The notes under the pieces were generated by a model, which was not told where the DNA came from, searched no databases, and saw only the letters and a list, made by a program, of their open reading frames with translations. A DNA stretch of 32,000 nt from Candidatus Saccharimonadota bacterium (lineage in GTDB: Archaea > Micrarchaeota > Micrarchaeia > Micrarchaeales > Micrarchaeaceae): contig AP024486.1 in the NCBI GenBank assembly GCA_021654395.1, positions 150,001-182,000 on the forward strand, in the 5' to 3' direction. A program made the translations under genes and the position numbers. Below, one piece after another: positions 16,758-24,016 of this stretch; position 1 is the first letter of the stretch, and each line of letters begins with the position of its first letter.

Positions 16758-18746
16758 ATGGATATACTTGAGCAGATAGCATCTAATCTTAATATTGAGA
16801 CTTCAATTCTTAGATCTATTCTTGATAATGATATAATAAACAACATTAATAGCTTACAACCAGATCTTGTTATAATAAGCAAGGATAATAATAGCAGTCC
16901 TTTTTATGCAAGCCTAAGATCTACAAAGAGCCTATTTATTAAAGAGCTTAGCCCTTATGAAAGCTTTGAGGAGCTAACAAACTATCATTATAGGGGCTTT
17001 AGAGCCTACTTCTGCTATTATGATAGTGGTCATAATTATATACTAGAGCTACTTTGGAAGGATAGTAAAGAGGGCTTAGATCCTAGTTCTTTAGTTATAG
17101 CCTTTAAGATAGCCCTTCTGATAAAAGATCTCAAAGAGACCAGAGAGGAGCTTTCAAGAGAGCTCTCACTAAACAGATTTATTATGTCGCATGGCATTAA
17201 GAAGGAGCTTTCAAGAGAGCCAGTTAATGCTATTCAGATAGAGAATGATATAATAGATGAGATCAAGTCTTATGGCTTTGGTGATCTATACTATATTGAG
17301 AGACTTAATATCTCAGAGATCCTTAAGCTCTTAGGCATAGCCAATCTATCTAATGGTATTCTATTTCTGATACTTGACAGTAACAACAATATCTTTGACG
17401 CATATGGAGATCTCTCATTACTTAGTATAGATCTGAAGCTCTTTAAGAATACAAATATATCTCTCTATATTGAGAGCAGCTATCTTAAGCTAATAAATAG
17501 TCTAAAGGGCGCTATATCTATAGAGACAGAGTTCGGCTACTCATCTAGAAGGCGCGTTAGCTTATCCGCATTGCCTTTAGATCAGCTAAAGCTCTTACTA
17601 GTTAAGGATATACAATCAGAGATCAGTCTAAACAGATTTAGAGAGCTTTTCTACAGGATAGCAGATGATGTAGAGGATCTATTCATAATAGCAGATTCTA
17701 ACGGCTTCATAACATCTGTTAACAGTGTCGCTGAGAAGCTTCTCAAGTTTAAGAAGGAGGATCTCATAGGTAAGCCTTTAAGCGTTATTATAGAGGATAG
17801 ATTTCTTAGCGATTATCTCTCTAGAAAGAGAGATCTCGATCTAGAGACATATATAAAGGATAAGAGTAATACAATGATAAGATTCTATGTGCATATGAGA
17901 TACTATAACATCTCTCCATCTGATCAGTTCTTTATAATAGCTCATTATCTAGAAGATACATATAGAATAGAATCCTTAGAGAAGGCATTAAAGACTGCAA
18001 ATAAGGCATTAACTAGCATAAAGTCTGAGAGCCAGCTCAAGTCTCAGTTTATATATAATATAACACATGAGCTAAAGACTCCTCTAACAAGCATAAGCGG
18101 CTTCGCTCGCCTGCTCTATAACAGCTCTGAGTCTCTCAATGATGTTGAAAGAGACTATCTTAAAACTATAATAGATGAGTCTGAAAGATTATACAATATA
18201 ATAAATCAGGTCCTTGAGGCTATAAAGTTCGACTCGCAGAGAGTCAGATTAGATATAACAAGAGTAAATCTAAGGAAGCTGTATGAGAACTCTTCTATAA
18301 AAGCTTTAGAAGAGGCAGCAAGACTTAAGGGCTTAGAGTTTAAATGGATAGTTGATTATGATGTTCCTGAGATAAGTGCAGATCTTAATAGAATAATTCA
18401 GGTACTTGTTAATCTCATAGGTAATGCTATTAAGTATACTGATAAAGGGAGTATTACTGTCCACTTCTATAGGAAAGGAAGAAAGTTCGTTAGATGCGAT
18501 GTTAAGGATACAGGAATAGGTATAAGCGAAGAAGATAGAAGAAAGCTATTTAGAGACTTCTACCAGGTGCAGAATAAGGAGCTTGTTGTTCAGCCGCGCT
18601 CTGGAACTGGCTTAGGTCTATCAATAGTAAAGAGCATAATAAAGCTGCATCATGGAAAGGTTGGTGTAGAATCAGAGTTAGGTAAAGGTAGTACATTCTA
18701 TTTTATAATACCAATAGAGTACAAACCTGATAAAGCATCTAAATAA
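16758..18746 (+). CDS. cytoplasmic sensor histidine kinase (unknown N-terminal sensor region, PAS, HisKA, HATPase_c)
   Basis: 662 aa with no obvious TM segment. PAS-like region around aa 293-400 (FRELFYRIADDVEDLFIIADSNGFITSVNSVAEKLLKFKKEDLIGKPL), H-box FIYNITHELKTPLTSISGF (His437), N-box VLVNLIGNAIKYT, G1 DTGIGIS, G2 GTGLGLSIVK. Confidence 0.9.
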   Translation: MDILEQIASNLNIETSILRSILDNDIINNINSLQPDLVIISKDNNSSPFYASLRSTKSLFIKELSPYESFEELTNYHYRGFRAYFCYYDSGHNYILELLWKDSKEGLDPSSLVIAFKIALLIKDLKETREELSRELSLNRFIMSHGIKKELSREPVNAIQIENDIIDEIKSYGFGDLYYIERLNISEILKLLGIANLSNGILFLILDSNNNIFDAYGDLSLLSIDLKLFKNTNISLYIESSYLKLINSLKGAISIETEFGYSSRRRVSLSALPLDQLKLLLVKDIQSEISLNRFRELFYRIADDVEDLFIIADSNGFITSVNSVAEKLLKFKKEDLIGKPLSVIIEDRFLSDYLSRKRDLDLETYIKDKSNTMIRFYVHMRYYNISPSDQFFIIAHYLEDTYRIESLEKALKTANKALTSIKSESQLKSQFIYNITHELKTPLTSISGFARLLYNSSESLNDVERDYLKTIIDESERLYNIINQVLEAIKFDSQRVRLDITRVNLRKLYENSSIKALEEAARLKGLEFKWIVDYDVPEISADLNRIIQVLVNLIGNAIKYTDKGSITVHFYRKGRKFVRCDVKDTGIGISEEDRRKLFRDFYQVQNKELVVQPRSGTGLGLSIVKSIIKLHHGKVGVESELGKGSTFYFIIPIEYKPDKASK

Positions 18747-18783
18747 ATATTTTAATACATATATTTTAGTAAGGCGACCATGA

Positions 18784-19980
18784 ATGGATGAGATTGATAT
18801 AATAAGATCTTTTATAAATCAAAGAAGTGAAGCAACTTATGATGAGCTACTACAGTTCTCAAGAGAGAGAAGCATTGATGATAAGAAGCTAGATGAGATA
18901 ATAGATAAGCTTAAGAAAGAAGGCAATATAGTTGAGAGATTTAACGGCAATCTTAGAACATTCTATATAATAAATAATGAGAGCAATATAAAGAAGGTTG
19001 TTATTGTAGATGATGATGTAAATATAAACAAGCTGATAAAGGCGTCTCTAGGTAGCTCCTTTGAGATATATCAGGTTTATGATGGAGTAGAGGCTATGAA
19101 AACTATAAGCATGGTAGTACCAGATCTAGTAATCTTAGATCTGATGCTACCAGGGAAAGATGGCTTACAGATCTGCTACGAGATAAAAACAGATCCAAGA
19201 CTTAAGAATACAATAGTTATAATAATAAGTGCATTAGATCCAACGTCAAATAGATTTAAAGGCTTAAAGTATGGAGCAGACTACTACCTTAAGAAGCCTT
19301 TTGATCCTTCTGAGTTGAAGAATCTAGTAACAATATTCCTTAAGAAGAAAGGAAAGAGATTTGATCCACTTATAGATCTACCAGATGAGCAAAAGATCTC
19401 TGAGGAGTTCGAGAAGGCGATAAGCTCTGGAGCAGACTACAGCATAGGCATTATCAAGATAGATGGATTAAAGGACTTTGTGATAAGGTATGGAGCAAGC
19501 TACGGCGTAACTATAATAAGACTTATATCTCAGATGCTTCAAGATATAATAAAGCCTTATCATGATAATATATTTATAGGATTCTTAAATAGTGAATCTT
19601 TCATAATAACTGGAAAGAGAGATGCTATAAATGAGGTTATAAGTAAGCTGGATAAGGAGTTTAATGCTGTTATGCAGTTTATAATGCAAGATATAGGCTA
19701 TAAGCAGTTTGATATAAATATAGACTCTATATTCGAGAGTGAGCAGATCAAGAAGCTCAGCATAAAGTATATAGAGATGCAAAAGGACTCATTGAAGCTA
19801 AAGCGAGATGATATAATAAAGAAGCATAATAAGGATCCTGGAAGCTATACCTATGAGGAGCTCTTAGAGATATTCGGAAACGATAACTTCGATATTGAGA
19901 TAACAAGAAAGAATAATGATATTGAGATAAAGGTTAAAAAGATAAACAAGAAAGATAGTAATGATGAAGAAGAGTTATAA
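18784..19980 (+). CDS. response regulator: N-terminal winged-helix-like domain, REC, and a C-terminal degenerate GGDEF/nucleotidyl-cyclase-like domain
   Basis: 398 aa. REC spans aa 71-187 (VDDD acidic pocket, phospho-acceptor in DLVILDLMLPGKDG, IIISA, YYLKKPF). Aa 194-300 align by eye to the GGDEF core (DPLIDLP.., IIKIDGLKDFVIRYGASYG.., FLNSESFIIT in place of RxGGDEF). The N-terminal 65 aa look like a wHTH (TYDELLQFS...LDEIIDKLKKEGNIVERF). Confidence 0.8.
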   Translation: MDEIDIIRSFINQRSEATYDELLQFSRERSIDDKKLDEIIDKLKKEGNIVERFNGNLRTFYIINNESNIKKVVIVDDDVNINKLIKASLGSSFEIYQVYDGVEAMKTISMVVPDLVILDLMLPGKDGLQICYEIKTDPRLKNTIVIIISALDPTSNRFKGLKYGADYYLKKPFDPSELKNLVTIFLKKKGKRFDPLIDLPDEQKISEEFEKAISSGADYSIGIIKIDGLKDFVIRYGASYGVTIIRLISQMLQDIIKPYHDNIFIGFLNSESFIITGKRDAINEVISKLDKEFNAVMQFIMQDIGYKQFDINIDSIFESEQIKKLSIKYIEMQKDSLKLKRDDIIKKHNKDPGSYTYEELLEIFGNDNFDIEITRKNNDIEIKVKKINKKDSNDEEEL

Positions 19981-20491
19981 GCTGCAAGCCTCATTAGATA
20001 TGCTTATAGCTTATGCATTTCTATTTGGAGTATTGGTATTTATACTATACTTTATATATATAGATCAGACCTCTTTAACGTATCTGTCTCCACAAGAGTG
20101 CTTATCACAGCAGCCATTTATATGCTATAAGGCTTTTATACAGAGCAATGGGACTCTTATAATTCAGATCTCCCAGGCAAGCAACTATATAATAAGAATA
20201 GATGGCATAGCATGCTCTACTCTAATAAATCAGAGCAACGGATTACCTGCTTATGGTAATAGATTTGTTACATCGGCAGCAAGCTTCTATCCAAAGCAGC
20301 AGCTACCAGCATATCTATATCCTAGTCAAAAGGAAGTTTATTATATATACTGCTACTATGCTGGAGATGCTATCGCTAGAGCAAATCCAGGAAGCATCTT
20401 TAATGCATATATCTGGATAAACTATACAATAGTAGGATTAAATAAGAGCTTTGTCGCAAAGGATATATACTTCTATAGCAGATATGTTTAA
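19961..20491 (+). CDS. class III signal peptide (type IV pilin-like) protein, DUF361-type N-terminus
   Basis: 176 aa. The N-terminus MMKKSYKLQASLDMLIAYAFLFGVLVFILYFIY fits the archaeal prepilin pattern: basic residues, then Q-x-S-x-(E/D)-x-L, then a ~20-aa hydrophobic helix. Leu rather than Gly/Ala sits at -1. The start overlaps the response-regulator stop by 20 nt. Confidence 0.5.
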   Translation: MMKKSYKLQASLDMLIAYAFLFGVLVFILYFIYIDQTSLTYLSPQECLSQQPFICYKAFIQSNGTLIIQISQASNYIIRIDGIACSTLINQSNGLPAYGNRFVTSAASFYPKQQLPAYLYPSQKEVYYIYCYYAGDAIARANPGSIFNAYIWINYTIVGLNKSFVAKDIYFYSRYV

Positions 20492-20503
20492 AGCTTTAAT
20501 TTA
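20490..20503 (+). promoter_or_regulatory. putative BRE/TATA element for the P-loop kinase gene
   Basis: aaagctttaattta lies about 25 nt upstream of the ATG at 20517, consistent with a leaderless transcript. Confidence 0.35.
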
Positions 20504-20516
20504 ACAAAATAGTATT

Positions 20517-21089
20517 ATGGATAAGGTTGCGCTCTTCTTTACAGGAATGCCAGGAAGTGGAAAGTCAACTGCAGCAGAGATACTTAACGATTATGGCTTT
20601 AAGACCTTCGAGCTAAGATGGATCGTTGAAAGAGAGATGAATAAGAATAATATAAATATAGACACAAAGAGCATTAGAGACTTCTCTAAATCTATTAGAG
20701 AGAAGTATGGCAATGCTGCTGTCGTTTTAATAGGAAGGGATATGATAATTGATTTTGCAAGCAATAATAACAGAATCGCATTTGGCGGTCTAAGATCATT
20801 TGATGAGTACTCAGAGATAAAGAGCTTGCTTAAAGATTTTAGATCATTACTAATAGCTATAGAAGCTGATCCAGAGATAAGATTCAAGAGAAGCCTATCT
20901 GTTAATAAGATAGATAAGCCTAGAACATTAGAGGAGTTTCTAGAAAGAGAGAAGGCAGAGACTAACTTTGGAATAATAGATGCTATGAAAAGGGCAGATA
21001 TACATATAACAAATAATTATGACAGCATAGAGGACTTTAAGAAAGAGCTTATAGATAGATTAAGAAGCAATGGTGTCTTTATTGATTAG
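20517..21089 (+). CDS. P-loop nucleotide/nucleoside kinase-like protein (archaeal UPF0200 / adenylate-kinase-like)
   Basis: 190 aa. Walker A VALFFTGMPGSGKSTAAE at the N-terminus, with size and layout of small NMP-kinase-fold proteins. Substrate unknown. Confidence 0.6.
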   Translation: MDKVALFFTGMPGSGKSTAAEILNDYGFKTFELRWIVEREMNKNNINIDTKSIRDFSKSIREKYGNAAVVLIGRDMIIDFASNNNRIAFGGLRSFDEYSEIKSLLKDFRSLLIAIEADPEIRFKRSLSVNKIDKPRTLEEFLEREKAETNFGIIDAMKRADIHITNNYDSIEDFKKELIDRLRSNGVFID

Positions 21090-21915
21090 ATATCTATATA
21101 TAGCATTAATTATGCTGCTATTATTAGCAGATAATGCCAGCTCTATATACGTAAAGATGATTGAGCCGTATCAGCATACATTCTATATAAATAATAGTAG
21201 CTTTAATCTTACTAAGGTAGGCCCGGGCCAATCCTTTGTAGTTGTTATAAACTCATCATCTAATATAAACAATACATTATATAACTATGTATGGACTCAG
21301 CTTATTGTAAAAGATTATCCAGAGGGTTGGAAGGTGCAGAACTCTGCCACAGATGCTAAGCTACTTCAAGCAGAGATAATAGCATCTCCTAATGCAACCC
21401 CTGGCAGATATAAGATAACGCTTGAGGCTACGAATATAGGCAACTTCTTTCATACTGGAAACTTTACATTTAATCTATATGTTAATGTTAGTAATAATGT
21501 ATTTAACATAACGACAGATAAGACCTTATATTATACTTATCCCAACTATACTATCAATATACCCATTAAGATATCAAATCTTGGTGTATCAGATACCCCA
21601 TTCTATATAAGCTCTAATCTTAGCAACTCTTATAATGAGACATATATAGTACTGCATAACTCTAGCAAGACAGTAAACTATACTATAAGATTAGCAAAGC
21701 CAGGCATATACAAAGTCAATCTAACTGTTGGAGCAATTAATAGCAATAATATTAAGAAGAGCTTTAATGTAAAAGTCTTAGTTTATCAGACCTTTGGATA
21801 TGATATGAATATAACTAGTGATAGCTACTTTATAACACCATATACTGCTATAGCGCCTTATTCGATAATATATACTCTATATTACATATATCATATACTA
21901 TTAAAGCTTACATAA
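21070..21915 (+). CDS. secreted, C-terminally anchored sequon-rich protein with beta-sandwich (CARDB/NEW3-like) repeats
   Basis: 281 aa. Signal peptide (LYIALIMLLLLADNASS) and a C-terminal hydrophobic helix (IAPYSIIYTLYYIYHILL). The motif VGPGQSFVVVI...YPEGWKV...ASPNATPGRYKITLEATN is typical of archaeal surface beta-sandwich domains, and there is a second PGIYKVNLTV repeat. It overlaps the kinase gene by 20 nt. Confidence 0.5.
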   Translation: MVSLLIRYLYIALIMLLLLADNASSIYVKMIEPYQHTFYINNSSFNLTKVGPGQSFVVVINSSSNINNTLYNYVWTQLIVKDYPEGWKVQNSATDAKLLQAEIIASPNATPGRYKITLEATNIGNFFHTGNFTFNLYVNVSNNVFNITTDKTLYYTYPNYTINIPIKISNLGVSDTPFYISSNLSNSYNETYIVLHNSSKTVNYTIRLAKPGIYKVNLTVGAINSNNIKKSFNVKVLVYQTFGYDMNITSDSYFITPYTAIAPYSIIYTLYYIYHILLKLT

Positions 21916-21948
21916 AGATTTATAAGCTGTTACTACAAATGTTAAATT

Positions 21949-22461
21949 ATGAACAGCTCTATAATAGCTGCTATTGCAATAGTTATAGTAATAATAGCCG
22001 CTATAGCTGTATATGCATTAAGCTCAAAGCCTAGCAGCACAACAAGCAGTGTATATACTACAGTAAGCAATAATTCATCATCTATGCCAACATCTACTAC
22101 AGTTCAGCCCCAAAACACAACAAATCAGAGTATCGGTTTAGGGCCGTTTATGAATAGCCCTTTCTATAAATACGCTATACTTCTAAACAATAATACAAGT
22201 ACTAATAGCTCTGTTGTACTATCTGACTTAAAGTTCAATATAAGCAATATTGGCGATGGCCTTATGAGATATAACATAACGTTAGAGACTACTGCCTATG
22301 GGCCTCAGAGTATTACAATTGTTGTAAACAGCTCTGAGAGCGTATACTACTCTGATCTGGTACCTGCAGATGATATAAATAATGCAGATTATAATCCAAC
22401 AGACGATTATGTAGTTATAGTAAACTCAAATGGCGATATAGTAAATCTATACAAACTCTGA
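21949..22461 (+). CDS. hypothetical N-terminally anchored protein; its anchor is paralogous to that of the 1455-3083 protein
   Basis: 170 aa. MNSSIIAAIAIVIVIIAAIAVYALSSKPSSTTSS compares with MNSKIVAAGIIVVLIVAVIAYIALSSKHTYT in the 542-aa protein. A Ser/Thr linker and sequons follow. Confidence 0.5.
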   Translation: MNSSIIAAIAIVIVIIAAIAVYALSSKPSSTTSSVYTTVSNNSSSMPTSTTVQPQNTTNQSIGLGPFMNSPFYKYAILLNNNTSTNSSVVLSDLKFNISNIGDGLMRYNITLETTAYGPQSITIVVNSSESVYYSDLVPADDINNADYNPTDDYVVIVNSNGDIVNLYKL

Positions 22462-22478
22462 TTCTTCTTATCTTTCTG

Positions 22479-22485
22479 TTTTTTT
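22479..22485 (+). terminator. oligo-T (T7) archaeal intrinsic terminator candidate
   Basis: A T7 run lies 17 nt after the stop at 22459-22461 and is followed by ct and an A7 run (tttttttctaaaaaaa), which could also pair. It marks the end of the co-directional 16758-22461 cluster. Confidence 0.45.
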
Positions 22486-22496
22486 CTAAAAAAAGC

Positions 22497-22510
22497 AAAG
22501 CTTTAAATAT
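22497..22510 (+). promoter_or_regulatory. putative BRE/TATA element for the TRAM gene
   Basis: aaagctttaaatat lies about 50 nt upstream of the ATG at 22558, with the SD-like aaaggt just before the start. Confidence 0.4.
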
Positions 22511-22557
22511 CTAATCACAAAAGTAAATAATGCCAAGTGTAGGCAAAGGTAAAGGTT

Positions 22558-22830
22558 ATGGAAAACAGTGAAGGTGAGAGTGGCTCTAGAGAGAGTCATG
22601 AAAGGAGAGGTTTTGGAGGTAGCATGCCTTTTGAGAAGCCTGTAAAGGAGGGAGATACAATAAAGGTTACAGTCGTAGGTAAAGGCAATAAAGGAGATGC
22701 AATAGCTAAGGTCAAGGGCTTTGTGATCTTCGTAAAAGATCCAGAGAATAAGATAAAAGAGGGTGATGAGGTATCAATAAAGGTAACAAGCGTTAGAAGA
22801 AGCTTTGCTACTGCTGAGATCACTTCTTAA
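22558..22830 (+). CDS. small TRAM-domain RNA-binding protein
   Basis: 90 aa. An Arg/Gly-rich N-terminus (ERRGFGGSMPFEKPVKEGD) is followed by ...VVGKGNKGDAIAKVKGFVIFVKDPENKIKEGDEVSIKVTSVRRSFATAEI, the stand-alone archaeal TRAM pattern. Confidence 0.85.
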   Translation: MENSEGESGSRESHERRGFGGSMPFEKPVKEGDTIKVTVVGKGNKGDAIAKVKGFVIFVKDPENKIKEGDEVSIKVTSVRRSFATAEITS

Positions 22831-22893
22831 ATCTGAAAGAATCTTAAGAAAGCATTAAGGCTTATAATTTATTCTTTCTAATCTTTTTCTTGA

Positions 22894-22941
22894 GTGATGA
22901 GATAGCGCATCTGATCTAATGATGAGGATCTTGAGTGCTGA
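22894..22941 (+). ncRNA. C/D box sRNA candidate (2'-O-methylation guide), all four boxes at consensus
   Basis: GTGATGA(C, 22894-22900)-gatagcgcat(10 nt)-CTGA(D', 22911-22914)-tcta-ATGATGA(C', 22919-22925)-ggatcttgagtg(12 nt)-CTGA(D, 22938-22941). It spans 48 nt box to box and ends 3 nt before the histone ATG. The terminal stem is weak or absent. Neither guide matches the 16S rRNA or the two tRNAs in this window. Confidence 0.65.
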
Positions 22942-22944
22942 TAT

Positions 22945-23133
22945 ATGGTAAGAATTAAAAAGAGCACAATAAAGAAGATTGTAAGGAGTAAGACAAGATT
23001 TAGAGTAAGCGATGCTGCTATAAATGAGATGAAAAGGATTCTTGAGGACTACTTCGACGATATACTTAATAAGGCGATAGATAGAGCTAGAAAGGAGAAT
23101 AGAAAGTATATAAAGCTTGAAGATATAAAGTAA
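22945..23133 (+). CDS. archaeal histone-fold protein (HMf family-like), short alpha3
   Basis: 62 aa. RFRVSDAAINEMKRILEDYFDDILNKAIDRARKENRKYIKLEDIK aligns to HMfB AERVSDDARITLAKILEEMGRDIASEAIKLARHAGRKTIKAEDIELAVRRFKK. The ORF stops right after EDIK. Confidence 0.75.
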   Translation: MVRIKKSTIKKIVRSKTRFRVSDAAINEMKRILEDYFDDILNKAIDRARKENRKYIKLEDIK

Positions 23134-23137
23134 GGTT

Positions 23138-23668
23138 ATGAAGGCTTTAATAGCAAAGACAGATAATAAGTATAGAATAGATATAAAAGATAAGAGATTT
23201 CTAGTAGAAAGTATCAAGGATAAGGCTTTGCTTCTAACTGTATTTAATGAGCTAGGAGAGATAGAGGATCAGCTTCTATTTAATCCTAAGGAGTTTAATC
23301 CAGAGCTCATAATCGTTGAGATTATGAAAGGTTACTCTATAGATTCATTTGAATATACTGAATATACTGAGATAAAGCTAATTGATAAGAGCTGTCCTGT
23401 ATGTGGCAGCAGCGATCTTATTAGGATTTCTGAGATATCTGATTATGATAAGATACCGATAATGCCTTTATATGCATGTAGCTCTTGCAATAGCAGATTA
23501 TACTATCTAACAGATAGCTACCTAATAAAGTTAGTTGAGAGGAATAATGGCTTATTTACAGAGAATGAGATAAATGAGTATAGAGAAAATAGAGAGGCCT
23601 TCTTAAATGAGCTAAAGGAGTATATATCTAGATTCTTCGCAAGCAAGAAGGTGTATAGAATAAAATAG
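23138..23668 (+). CDS. hypothetical zinc-ribbon protein, 4 nt downstream of the histone gene
   Basis: 176 aa with CPVCG-x33-CSSC in the middle. No other recognisable motif. Confidence 0.55.
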   Translation: MKALIAKTDNKYRIDIKDKRFLVESIKDKALLLTVFNELGEIEDQLLFNPKEFNPELIIVEIMKGYSIDSFEYTEYTEIKLIDKSCPVCGSSDLIRISEISDYDKIPIMPLYACSSCNSRLYYLTDSYLIKLVERNNGLFTENEINEYRENREAFLNELKEYISRFFASKKVYRIK

Positions 23669-23717
23669 TATTAATAAGCTTGCTTTGTTTAATAATCTAA
23701 TAACTTAGTGATAAGCT

Positions 23718-23963
23718 ATGCGTCTATCAGATCTATATAATATGCAGATCATAGGCACATCCGGAAAGGTCTATGGCAAGGTAGAAGATATAATACTTAA
23801 CTTCGAGAATGGAGTTGTATACTCTGTATTAACAGAGAAGCTTGAGAATATAAAGAGAGAGCAGGATATAAAAGATAGGCTTATAAAAAGCAGCATAAAG
23901 TTTGAGAGAGTTGTAAGTATAAGCGACAATATTATAATAAATGATAATCAGATAAAGAGATAA
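23718..23963 (+). CDS. PRC-barrel domain protein
   Basis: 81 aa. MRLSDLYNMQIIGTSGKVYGKVEDIILNFENGVVYSVL fits the PRC-barrel N-terminal pattern. AGTGAT lies 5 nt before the ATG. Confidence 0.6.
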   Translation: MRLSDLYNMQIIGTSGKVYGKVEDIILNFENGVVYSVLTEKLENIKREQDIKDRLIKSSIKFERVVSISDNIIINDNQIKR

Positions 23964-23969
23964 TCTACT

Positions 23970-23982
23970 AAGCTTTAAATTT
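23970..23982 (+). promoter_or_regulatory. putative BRE/TATA element for the proteasome/exosome superoperon
   Basis: aagctttaaattt lies about 40 nt upstream of the psmA ATG (24017), with AGGTG at 24006-24010. Confidence 0.4.
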
Positions 23983-24016
23983 ATTATCTGCTTTAAGGAA
24001 TTTTTAAGGTGTTGTC

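Noticed and set aside
17146-17220. 18-nt perfect in-frame direct repeat (aggagctttcaagagagc at 17146-17163 and 17203-17220) inside the histidine kinase gene
   Set aside because: It encodes a duplicated ELSRE peptide in a probable linker. It is most simply a small internal duplication, not a regulatory or mobile feature.
22888-22945. Imperfect 17-nt direct repeat tcttgagtgatgagata / tcttgagtgctgatata, first read as a possible operator pair for the histone gene
   Set aside because: It is better explained as part of the C/D sRNA candidate (C box region and D-guide/D box region), and is reported as such.
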